From positions 1 through 64,000 of the IMG/VR virus record IMGVR_UViG_3300021599_000853: a DNA stretch of 64,000 nt, one strand, 5' to 3'. This DNA is from an uncultured virus (IMG/VR IMGVR_UViG_3300021599_000853). Taxonomy: Duplodnaviria; Heunggongvirae; Uroviricota; Caudoviricetes. Below the pieces are notes generated by a model that was not told where the DNA came from, made no database searches, and saw only the letters and a program-made list of their open reading frames with translations. Made by a program: the position numbers and the translations under genes. This document shows positions 21,252 to 29,709 of the stretch, in pieces; position 1 is the stretch's first letter; each line of letters opens with the position of its first letter.

Positions 21252-23525
21252 TTAGATACTGGTTATTTCACAAGATCCACCACTACAGGCCATACTAGCA
21301 TAATCACTAATATCTTTATATTGTGGTTTGTCTAATATTTGACCAAAATCAACTTCTTTAAATTGACGAGTAACTGTTTCCCATTTATGGAAAAGATGAA
21401 CATCTTTCAAACAATAAACCATCTTCTTAAGATCACCTTTGAAGTAATTCTTAGCAAATTTTTTGGCTCTTGTTATCCAATAATTTTTTAAAAGAACTTG
21501 TTCTCTTGTTCCAGTCACAGGAAGTGGTGAATCTGTTTGTGTACTAATTAAAGTATCACAAGCCATCCATAAATTATTTTCAAAATAGTGAAGACCGTCG
21601 ATAACCAAACCAGATGCTAAAATAGATCCTTTACCATATTCTTCGACTATTTCATTTAGGTTTAATACAGATGTAAATGGTGCTTGATTAAAATCTTTGT
21701 CACCATAATCTGACATGAAACTTACTGCAGTGAAATAATCTCTTTCATTCCAAATATATTCAACAATAGCATCTTTATCGTCAATGATAACAGTACAACT
21801 TGTATTATGATTAACGGGGCTATATGTACATAATTCAGGATTGGTCCCTTCATTAACCCAATTTTGTTGTACCAATTTGATTAATTCAAGATGTTTAATA
21901 CCTTTCATATCTTTCTTGAATAAACCTTGTTTTGGATTTTCTACAGGTACAAATACAACATAATCACTCTTAGTTGATGACCATACACTTTCTTCAAGTA
22001 AGAAAGACATATTATCTTGTAACCATTTAGCAGTATTACTTTCTTTGTTCAATTGCATAATTCTGAAATATTTCTCAGAATGTTCTGGATGAATACCGCT
22101 AGCCGTTCCTAATACAACTGAAGCGTTGCCCGATGGTTTAACACAAGTAGTTCTTGCCGCTTGATTAATTTCAATAATCTGAGCAACTTCTTTATTTGTT
22201 CTCTTAACCACCTCAGCACCTTCTTTAAGTAATTCAGCATTAAATAATTTAGGGTTGTTCATCCAACCTGTTATACTAACACCTAATAATGCCTCTCTTT
22301 CAAATATTTTTCTACTAGTTTCACCTAAATAAGGGAAATTAGTATAACCCGCTTGTAAAGTACCTAATGTTGAAGCATCTTTACATGCTTTAAAGAATTT
22401 TTCTTTTGTTGTACATTTTTCAGCATTAATTTCTGTTAAATTACAACCTTGAATTCCAAATTTATCATTATTAGTTTTAGTGAATTCCTCAATATCATCA
22501 TAATGAATTTTTGAAAAATCAACATTCATTAATACAGGTATCTTTAAAATCTCAAAACATGGGTTGAACATATCAAACCAACTATTAGCAAAAACGAATC
22601 CAATATCATTTGCACCATCGTTTAATTTAACCAAGTATTCAAATTGTTCTCTTTTAACTTCACTTCTCAATAATAACACTGAATTATTACTTCTACCTCT
22701 TTGTGGGTTTTCAACTCTCCAATTACCTGTTTTTGCGTGAATCATTTCATCGTCGTTTGGATCTACGATCATATTCAAAGCTGAACGACGAACACCTCCA
22801 GATAACACAGCGTCTGCCGAATGACAAATAATATCAAAAGCTAATATAGGTCTAATTTCATTACCTTCTTTTTCAATCCATCTTTCAATTAATTGTTCTA
22901 TTTTTTCCAAAGACTGTTTTAAACCTTCGGGACCAGGTGCTTTAAATCCACCACTAATAAAAGAACCTTTCTCTCTAATTTGAGAATAATCAAATTTAAC
23001 TTCATAACCTGCGAACTCAGGAAAAGGTTGTCTGTCCACAAAGTAAGAAGACATTAACACCCCTAAAGCATCTGACCATCCTTCGATACTATCGTTGATA
23101 ACGAATGTTTTAGTACCGTTTAATCTTTTCTGAATTCTACTCAAATTCTTAACAAATGGTTTTAATAATCCACCACCAAATCCACATCCGGATAAAGCTA
23201 AGTAAAAAATTTCTTGGAAGACTCTGTTTCTGGCAATGTGACCTGACGTACAATTAAACATTCTTGTGTTATGTTTCATTATTTGTTCGTGACGATACTG
23301 TAAGTTTCTTTGTGAAGCTAAAACCAATTGGTCTTTCATACTTTCAAGTGCCGAATTGAAATATGGTAATAACTCATCTGTATATTTTTTATACTTTTTT
23401 CTGTGCCCATCCATGATGTTATCACATGCGTCTTCCCATGTTTCGTACCTTCCTTTTTCTTCTAACCATTTAAAATAATCTGAATGTAACTTTAAGTCAC
23501 TCAGAAATTTTTTACCTTTCTGCAT
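21252..23525 (-). CDS. nrdJ: Class II (adenosylcobalamin-dependent) ribonucleotide reductase
   Basis: FNC, SGGVRRSA, NPCFEI, CNLTEIN, TTCVKPSGNAS and C-terminal CSGGSC redox pair; no adjacent beta subunit. Confidence 0.85.
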   Translation of the reverse strand: MQKGKKFLSDLKLHSDYFKWLEEKGRYETWEDACDNIMDGHRKKYKKYTDELLPYFNSALESMKDQLVLASQRNLQYRHEQIMKHNTRMFNCTSGHIARNRVFQEIFYLALSGCGFGGGLLKPFVKNLSRIQKRLNGTKTFVINDSIEGWSDALGVLMSSYFVDRQPFPEFAGYEVKFDYSQIREKGSFISGGFKAPGPEGLKQSLEKIEQLIERWIEKEGNEIRPILAFDIICHSADAVLSGGVRRSALNMIVDPNDDEMIHAKTGNWRVENPQRGRSNNSVLLLRSEVKREQFEYLVKLNDGANDIGFVFANSWFDMFNPCFEILKIPVLMNVDFSKIHYDDIEEFTKTNNDKFGIQGCNLTEINAEKCTTKEKFFKACKDASTLGTLQAGYTNFPYLGETSRKIFEREALLGVSITGWMNNPKLFNAELLKEGAEVVKRTNKEVAQIIEINQAARTTCVKPSGNASVVLGTASGIHPEHSEKYFRIMQLNKESNTAKWLQDNMSFLLEESVWSSTKSDYVVFVPVENPKQGLFKKDMKGIKHLELIKLVQQNWVNEGTNPELCTYSPVNHNTSCTVIIDDKDAIVEYIWNERDYFTAVSFMSDYGDKDFNQAPFTSVLNLNEIVEEYGKGSILASGLVIDGLHYFENNLWMACDTLISTQTDSPLPVTGTREQVLLKNYWITRAKKFAKNYFKGDLKKMVYCLKDVHLFHKWETVTRQFKEVDFGQILDKPQYKDISDYASMACSGGSCEITSI

Positions 23526-23551
23526 TTTTTTCTAATTTATGTTTATGTTTA

Positions 23552-24925
23552 TTATTTTTTTGACATCTCTTGTCTTCTTTGAAAAGCTTCTTTTGCTCTA
23601 TTTCTTTCCTTCTCAATTTTTTGTTCTTCATGACCAAGTAATGTATTTTGAGATTCGGTATCGATAATCAAATATTCATTATCAAATCTACAATTTTGGA
23701 AAATAACACCATCAGCCCCAATACGTGATTTTAATAAAGTTAATGTTGCCAATTTATGTTCTTTCTGTTCTATTGTTTTTCCGATCGATATAATTACATG
23801 ACCTATTTGGGCTTTTTTAATTGATCCACCCATTTGATCTGTTGTTACAACTTCAGAAGAAATAGAATTACGATTACCTTGTGTTGCGGTCCAAATGGCT
23901 ATATCAAATTCAGTTGTCATCGCCTCTAAACTTCTCATTATTGAACCCTCACCTTTCCATTCTTCACCATCAGTAGATCTTTCAGGTGATAAACAATCAA
24001 CATAGTCTATTATCAATAAATCTATGTTAAATCCTTCATTTTTGAATTTTCTAATTTTTGATTTTATTTCTGATATACTAACAGAATCACTTGGTAATTT
24101 TAAGATTTTAATTTCACCATTGGTATTTTTATTTACATCATTTACTTTTTCAATTACTTCAGATTCACGATCAGGTTGATCATCTGGTGCAATACCTGTC
24201 CATATAGTATAATGTTTTCTTTTTACACTATTAACATTATCTTCGAAAATTATTTGTAAAACATTAAAACCATATATAAATGAAGTGTTCGCAATTTTTG
24301 TTAAGATTGTTGTTTTACCTGTACCTGTAGGAGCCAATACAACCCCTAATTCACCTCTACCTAATCCACCTTTTAATAAATTATCAATTCCATTTATACC
24401 TGTCGGTAATGGATGTCTATAGTCTTTTTTAAGAGCATCTTCTATATTATCAAAAACATCCACAGCATCTTCGTTACTAATACCAACTTGTAAAGCTTTT
24501 TGGATAATTTGTTCAATTTTATTATATGATTCAAATTCTCCATTTTCAATTATTGTCGATACTTTCTTTAATTCTCTTTTTAAATTTTGTTGTTTACAGA
24601 ATCTTAAAGCGGTATCTTGAACATATGAAGTATCTTGATCACTTTCTTTTATATTGTTTAAAGTATCTAAATGTATTTTACCTGTTTCATTAGTAGTATT
24701 TTCGGCCATTATTTTTTGACCTAATGTATTATAATCGGGAATTTTATTGTATGTAACATATAATTCTTTTAAATTTTCCATGATATATTTAAAAGAATTA
24801 TTATCAAAATACTTACTATCGATTACATCTATAATTGTTTCTCCATATTTTTTATCCTCTATAATTGATTTAATCAGTGATTGTTGAAATGATGATCCTA
24901 AGTGCCCAAAGTTTTTTTCTTTCAT
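23552..24925 (-). CDS. Replicative DNA helicase (DnaB/T4 gp41-like)
   Basis: Walker A APTGTGKT, LLIIDYVD, WTATQGNR, KSR motifs. Confidence 0.9.
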   Translation of the reverse strand: MKEKNFGHLGSSFQQSLIKSIIEDKKYGETIIDVIDSKYFDNNSFKYIMENLKELYVTYNKIPDYNTLGQKIMAENTTNETGKIHLDTLNNIKESDQDTSYVQDTALRFCKQQNLKRELKKVSTIIENGEFESYNKIEQIIQKALQVGISNEDAVDVFDNIEDALKKDYRHPLPTGINGIDNLLKGGLGRGELGVVLAPTGTGKTTILTKIANTSFIYGFNVLQIIFEDNVNSVKRKHYTIWTGIAPDDQPDRESEVIEKVNDVNKNTNGEIKILKLPSDSVSISEIKSKIRKFKNEGFNIDLLIIDYVDCLSPERSTDGEEWKGEGSIMRSLEAMTTEFDIAIWTATQGNRNSISSEVVTTDQMGGSIKKAQIGHVIISIGKTIEQKEHKLATLTLLKSRIGADGVIFQNCRFDNEYLIIDTESQNTLLGHEEQKIEKERNRAKEAFQRRQEMSKK

Positions 24926-24936
24926 AATAATTTTTA

Positions 24937-25383
24937 TTAAAGTTCGTATTGTAAATAAGTTGTTTCTGGTTGTGACATTGACAAAATTTCAGTCAAATCT
25001 GACAAAATTTCTTTAAGTCTTGGTCTAATATCAACCGTGTACCTAACCTTTGGGTGATAATAGTGAGCCGGAAACGTTCTTTGAATAAATACATCGTCAC
25101 CCAACTTAATTTGTAGTAAAAAATATTCTTCCACCTTCTCATTTACATCTTCCACATTATCGGAATTCAAAAAATAATTTTGATTTTCACACAGATAATC
25201 GGAACTTTTTATTTTTAAATCTTCAGAAATTTTATCCGAAATTTCTTTTACATAGTAATGTAAATCCATTGATTGTCTTGTTTTAGGATTGTGATCCTTT
25301 ACATTAAAAAACCTTTGGCAGATAATGTTTTTTTCGAGTGTTAATAAAAACTCAAATTTTGTGATTTCTTGATTGTTAATCAT
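24937..25383 (-). CDS. Hypothetical protein in replication operon
   Basis: 148 aa ORF overlapping the end of the exonuclease gene. Confidence 0.65.
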   Translation of the reverse strand: MINNQEITKFEFLLTLEKNIICQRFFNVKDHNPKTRQSMDLHYYVKEISDKISEDLKIKSSDYLCENQNYFLNSDNVEDVNEKVEEYFLLQIKLGDDVFIQRTFPAHYYHPKVRYTVDIRPRLKEILSDLTEILSMSQPETTYLQYEL

Positions 25384-26395
25384 TGTTTTTAATTTTAATT
25401 ATTCTTTTATTTTTTTCTTTTCTGGTTAATCTTAGGAATGGATTAAAGAATACGGTCCAAGCGTCGTCTCTTTTTGGTAAAACCTGAAATAGACCATCTT
25501 CCATCATCATTTTTATTGTGTTTTTATATGATCTACCTTCAGGATCTAATGTCCCATTAATTAATGATTGTATGTCTTCGATTGATTCTTCGGTTAAGAA
25601 TGGTTGATCTAAACTAACTACCTTGGTAGTTAATTCATAAAATTCTTCTTCTAAGATACCTTTTTTAGTTACCCCACCCAATAGATTTAATATTACCTTG
25701 TTGGTCTTATCATTTTCAAATAGAGTGTTGGTTTTTTCTCTAATTTCTTCTATTGTCAATGGAGTGTGTTTGATCTCAGGAAATATAGATAATAATCTTT
25801 TAATTCCGAAATTTCTGATACCGAAAATATTATCAGACGAGTCACCACATAAAATTTTGGCAATCTTTACATTTTTAATGTGAATTTCTTCCTTTAGATA
25901 AAAAATTGTATCATTTTCTCTGTATAACTTACCGTGACTTGGATTAAAAATTATTGTATTATCGGAAACTAATTGTGTTAAATCACCATCTGATGAATAA
26001 ATAATTTTATTTTCTTTTGGGGAGTTTTGAACATAGTATGCAATACAATCATCTGTTTCACAATAATCATATTCACCTTGTCTAACATATACCTCTTCAA
26101 GATACTGTTTTATTCTATTCCTTTGATAGTTGTACGAACCTATTTCCTCTTCGGATTTTAGTCTAGATCTTCTATTGTCTTTGTATCCTTCATAAATTCG
26201 TTTACGTTGAATAGAACCTTCGTGTCCATCCCAAAAAACGACAATCTTGTCTAAATTATAGACCTCAAAAGATTTTCTAAGAGTATTAAGAAAATGGTAA
26301 ATACCTCCGATATGTTGACCCTTATAGAAGTAATTTTTAACACCGTAAAAACCAATCGTAAGTAAATTGTCCCCATCAACAATGAGTGTTGACAT
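25376..26395 (-). CDS. 5'-3' exonuclease / RNase H (FEN-like)
   Basis: LIVDGDNL, YKDNR, ETDDCIA, SSDGDLTQL, GDSSDNIFGI. Confidence 0.9.
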   Translation of the reverse strand: MSTLIVDGDNLLTIGFYGVKNYFYKGQHIGGIYHFLNTLRKSFEVYNLDKIVVFWDGHEGSIQRKRIYEGYKDNRRSRLKSEEEIGSYNYQRNRIKQYLEEVYVRQGEYDYCETDDCIAYYVQNSPKENKIIYSSDGDLTQLVSDNTIIFNPSHGKLYRENDTIFYLKEEIHIKNVKIAKILCGDSSDNIFGIRNFGIKRLLSIFPEIKHTPLTIEEIREKTNTLFENDKTNKVILNLLGGVTKKGILEEEFYELTTKVVSLDQPFLTEESIEDIQSLINGTLDPEGRSYKNTIKMMMEDGLFQVLPKRDDAWTVFFNPFLRLTRKEKNKRIIKIKNND

Positions 26396-26426
26396 TAAAA
26401 TTTGTATTATTGGTTAAAAAATATTG

Positions 26427-27434
26427 TTACCCCTCAATTTCTTCTTCATCACTATATGAAGTTGACTCTACTAAATCAAAATCACCACCTAATTTTTGTG
26501 ACCAAAATTCAGAATATTTTTTCTTATATTCTTCTTCAGCTTCTTTAGTATCAGGAATATATCCGTTATGTACTGCAATAATCTTACCATCCTTATACGT
26601 AAGACCGTTTACGTGATTTTTAATAATAGAAATTTTAGTTCTAATGGCATATGCGATTTTTCTTCCATCTTTTCTTGCTTCAATAGGATTGATACCTGCT
26701 TTCTTTTGATTACCAAATAAGAAAATTAATGAAGACGCCAACCATAATGCTTCACCACCTTTTGCCTTAATTTCTGGTTGTCCAAATGGGTTATCCGGTA
26801 AGTCGACCCATGGTTGATTAACAACAACCATCGTATTAATTAATGGGTTGTTTGCGGTTGGGTAATCTTCTTTTTTAGATTTAGAAATTCTTGAATGAAT
26901 ACCCATACCAATTTTATCAGATAATGCGGCTGCGTTATGCATTTTACCACCCTTCCCTTCAAAAGTCATTTTACATGGAATAGAACCAACAGAATCCCAT
27001 AAAAATAATATTGATCTATCAATTTCACCTTTTTCTTGTGCGTCTAATATTTCATTAATAAAATCAGTTGCTTGTTCAATATATTCAAAACTATCATTAA
27101 AAATGAAATCACCATCCCACTCACCATTACTATCTTTTTCGGCCTGTAACCCCAATTCAACAGCGTGATCCCAACTCCATTTTTTTTCTGTTATAATAAA
27201 AACAGGTAAATGACCTTTTTTCTGAGCATCAGCCGCAGCCAACACTAACGCAGTTGTTTTAGATGAATTTGAATGTCCTAAAAACATATTAATTCCTCCC
27301 ATTACAGGACCAGGCAATCCACATGCATTTAGAAACGCGTCACCACAATAGTAAAAATTTGTTTCTTTATATTTTGTTTTTGATGAAAATTTTTCTTTAT
27401 AATTGAATTCTTTTTTCTTAATTGACTTGGCCAT
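26427..27434 (-). CDS. RecA/UvsX-like recombinase
   Basis: P-loop-like GHSNSSKT, LFLWDSVG (Walker B), VVVNQ, KGGEA, KNH. Confidence 0.85.
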   Translation of the reverse strand: MAKSIKKKEFNYKEKFSSKTKYKETNFYYCGDAFLNACGLPGPVMGGINMFLGHSNSSKTTALVLAAADAQKKGHLPVFIITEKKWSWDHAVELGLQAEKDSNGEWDGDFIFNDSFEYIEQATDFINEILDAQEKGEIDRSILFLWDSVGSIPCKMTFEGKGGKMHNAAALSDKIGMGIHSRISKSKKEDYPTANNPLINTMVVVNQPWVDLPDNPFGQPEIKAKGGEALWLASSLIFLFGNQKKAGINPIEARKDGRKIAYAIRTKISIIKNHVNGLTYKDGKIIAVHNGYIPDTKEAEEEYKKKYSEFWSQKLGGDFDLVESTSYSDEEEIEG

Positions 27435-27464
27435 TATATGTATATTAAAATATTATTATTAAAA

Positions 27465-27505
27465 AAGAACATAGACACTATGTCTATGTTTGTGTCTATG
27501 TTCTT
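27465..27505 (-). terminator. Intrinsic terminator after SSB gene
   Basis: 14-bp stem aagaacatagacac/gtgtctatgttctt, U-tract on minus strand; loop holds a second copy of part of the stem. Confidence 0.75.
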
Positions 27506-27511
27506 ATTGGT

Positions 27512-28342
27512 TTAGAACGGTAAATCACTATCTACCTCATCATCTTGTGTATCTTGGGTTGTATGTGTGTTACCAATATTTGTTTCTTGTGTTGAATTGG
27601 AAACCCACTTTTTTGAATCTGAATCCCATTTTGGGACTTCTCCATTTGCAACCATTTCAAGATATTCAAATGGTTTTTTAGAATAAACATCTGTCCATAC
27701 CAAATCATCCTCTAACCATTCTTTTGATAATTCAGCATCTGTACTAAGTGGTCCCGAATCTTCAGGAATAATTGAACTTATTGATGTATATTCTTTACCA
27801 TTACCTGATTTTGTTAAAGATAAAGTAAGGATTAAATCACGACCCTTTTCAGAATCTGTAATATCACCTTTATTTCTCCAAATAGGGACGATTTTATCTA
27901 AAACCCCTTCTCCTTTTGTGTTATGTTTAAATCTCCAAAACTTAACTCCATCTTGTTCGTTTTCTCTATCGATTACTTTTACAATATAAAACTTTTTTGA
28001 TCTATATTGTCTAGCCAATTCTTTATCTGAAGGATCTCCGGACATAACTAACCCTTCGGCGACTTCATTCAAAGGTGATCTACCACCTTCTTGTGCTGGA
28101 TCGTATAATTTAACCCATTTTCCGTCAACTTGAATTTCGTGAAATTTAACCTCAATAAATGGTGAAGACCCATCCTTTGTTGGAAGAATTCGAATTCTTT
28201 TTTCTTGTGTTTTAACTCCTTTTGGTAAAATAGTAGTAAAATACTTTTTCATTCTCTCTTCTTGTGAGACTTTGTTTACGTTGCCACCTGTGGCTTGTTT
28301 GTTTTTTTCGTACTGTGCGAGTACTGAATCTAATGCTGACAT
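27512..28342 (-). CDS. Single-stranded DNA-binding protein (T4 gp32-like)
   Basis: RIRILP...PF...FH, VIDR, GRDL motifs; acidic tail DDEVDSDLPF. Confidence 0.8.
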   Translation of the reverse strand: MSALDSVLAQYEKNKQATGGNVNKVSQEERMKKYFTTILPKGVKTQEKRIRILPTKDGSSPFIEVKFHEIQVDGKWVKLYDPAQEGGRSPLNEVAEGLVMSGDPSDKELARQYRSKKFYIVKVIDRENEQDGVKFWRFKHNTKGEGVLDKIVPIWRNKGDITDSEKGRDLILTLSLTKSGNGKEYTSISSIIPEDSGPLSTDAELSKEWLEDDLVWTDVYSKKPFEYLEMVANGEVPKWDSDSKKWVSNSTQETNIGNTHTTQDTQDDEVDSDLPF

Positions 28343-28394
28343 GTTTAAAAATTTAAATGTTTATAAAATGATTATGATAAAATATAAATAAAAA

Positions 28395-28418
28395 AAACCA
28401 GATTAAAAAATCTGGTTT
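28395..28418 (-). terminator. Intrinsic terminator
   Basis: aaaccagatt-aaaa-aatctggttt stem-loop followed by T-run on minus strand. Confidence 0.7.
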
Positions 28419-28445
28419 AATTTTTTTTAAAAAATATCTTTTTAT

Positions 28446-28817
28446 TTATTCCTGTGTTAGTAAATATGACAATTTGTACATTTCCCCTAAAATTTCATCT
28501 CTAATATTTAACAAATTAGTATCTGTTTGGTCAAGTTCTTTTGTAAAATTAACCAATCCATTTGTTACCGCACTTATAAAGTTATTCACATCTAACTCAT
28601 TCAAATTTAATAACTCTATTTTTTTAGTTTCTTCATCTAAAATAAATCTACCATATTTACCCATTGCCTGCTCGACATACTCATCTATTAAATCATTTAT
28701 TTTATTATATGTGTCACCAAAAGCAGAATGTCTTGCATGGCCCTTAGTTTGCCAATGATTTATTTTTAATTGTAGTTGTAAACCTAAAAAAAAGTTTACA
28801 TTAGAAGCTATATTCAT
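28446..28817 (-). CDS. Ferritin/Dps-like four-helix protein (DUF5856-like)
   Basis: QLKINHWQT...HSAFGDTY...DEYVEQ...RDEILGE...YLL pattern. Confidence 0.7.
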   Translation of the reverse strand: MNIASNVNFFLGLQLQLKINHWQTKGHARHSAFGDTYNKINDLIDEYVEQAMGKYGRFILDEETKKIELLNLNELDVNNFISAVTNGLVNFTKELDQTDTNLLNIRDEILGEMYKLSYLLTQE

Positions 28818-29463
28818 CTTCTTCTTGATCTGGGTTAAAAGATTGTCTTATGGTGTCGTTTGAATAATTCTCAATTTCATCTTTTGTTAAAATGTATTCA
28901 TTTTTTCCTGATTTTCTCATTTCGTCCTGTTTTTTAACAAAAAATTGTTGGGGGTTTTGATTAAATGGATATGAATCTAAGGAACGCATTTCTAATTTTT
29001 CTTCTGGTCTTTTTTCTCTAATAGAATCAATTTTACCATCTAAAGAATTAATTCTATCCATTACTCTGTCCATTTGAGATAGCTTTTGTTCAAGATCATT
29101 TAATTTCGTGAATACATCTTCCATTTTTGTTAAAACGGCGGTGTGGTCTTGTTTATTATCTTCAATATCTTTTTTAACACTTTTAGTCATATTAACTAAA
29201 TCTGTAATATCGATTTCTTCTGAATCGGCAGTAGTGTCACCACCAGATGGAGGTGGAGTAGCAGCACCACCCGGAGGAGGTGGAGGAGCACCTAAATCAC
29301 CACCAGGAGGGGGAGGGGCAGCGGCATCACCCGGGGGAGGTGGAGGAGCACCTAAATCACCACCAGGAGGGGGAGGTGCGTCTTGTTCCATTATTAGTTT
29401 ATCTGCGTATTTATTAATACTTCTAAAACGCTCTAATTCTTCTTGTAATTTTTTCTGTGACAT
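28801..29463 (-). CDS. Hypothetical protein with polyproline repeats and coiled coil
   Basis: 220 aa; (APPPPGGDLG) repeats then heptad-like region. Confidence 0.7.
   Translation of the reverse strand: MSQKKLQEELERFRSINKYADKLIMEQDAPPPPGGDLGAPPPPPGDAAAPPPPGGDLGAPPPPPGGAATPPPSGGDTTADSEEIDITDLVNMTKSVKKDIEDNKQDHTAVLTKMEDVFTKLNDLEQKLSQMDRVMDRINSLDGKIDSIREKRPEEKLEMRSLDSYPFNQNPQQFFVKKQDEMRKSGKNEYILTKDEIENYSNDTIRQSFNPDQEEDEYSF
29271..29376. repeat. 60-bp-period GC-rich direct repeat encoding polyproline
   Basis: ggaggtggaggagcacctaaatcaccaccaggagggggagg present twice, 60 bp apart. Confidence 0.9.
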
Positions 29464-29467
29464 ATGA

Positions 29468-29671
29468 TTAATCTTGTAATAATTGTCTACCGTCTTCGGT
29501 AATATATTTTTTGTTTATTCTTTCAACAATACCATCTTTTGATCTAATTACATAACATTCACCAGTCTGTAAATCACATTCTTCTTTTTCCATACCATCT
29601 TGTGAAATGTTCTTTATAACCTTTTTATTTAAAAAGTTATCTACTGTTTTATTTAATCTATTATTATCCAT
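29468..29671 (-). CDS. Small hypothetical protein (start revised to MDNN at 29671)
   Basis: ATG at 29671 preceded by an A-run and two TATTTAT motifs; ECDLQTGECY...ITEDGRQLL. Confidence 0.6.
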   Translation of the reverse strand: MDNNRLNKTVDNFLNKKVIKNISQDGMEKEECDLQTGECYVIRSKDGIVERINKKYITEDGRQLLQD

Positions 29672-29709
29672 ACTTTTTTTATATAAATATCTTATAAATA
29701 CGAATATTC

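Noticed and set aside
29108..29467. Gly-rich plus-strand ORF
   Set aside because: Antisense shadow of the polyproline repeat
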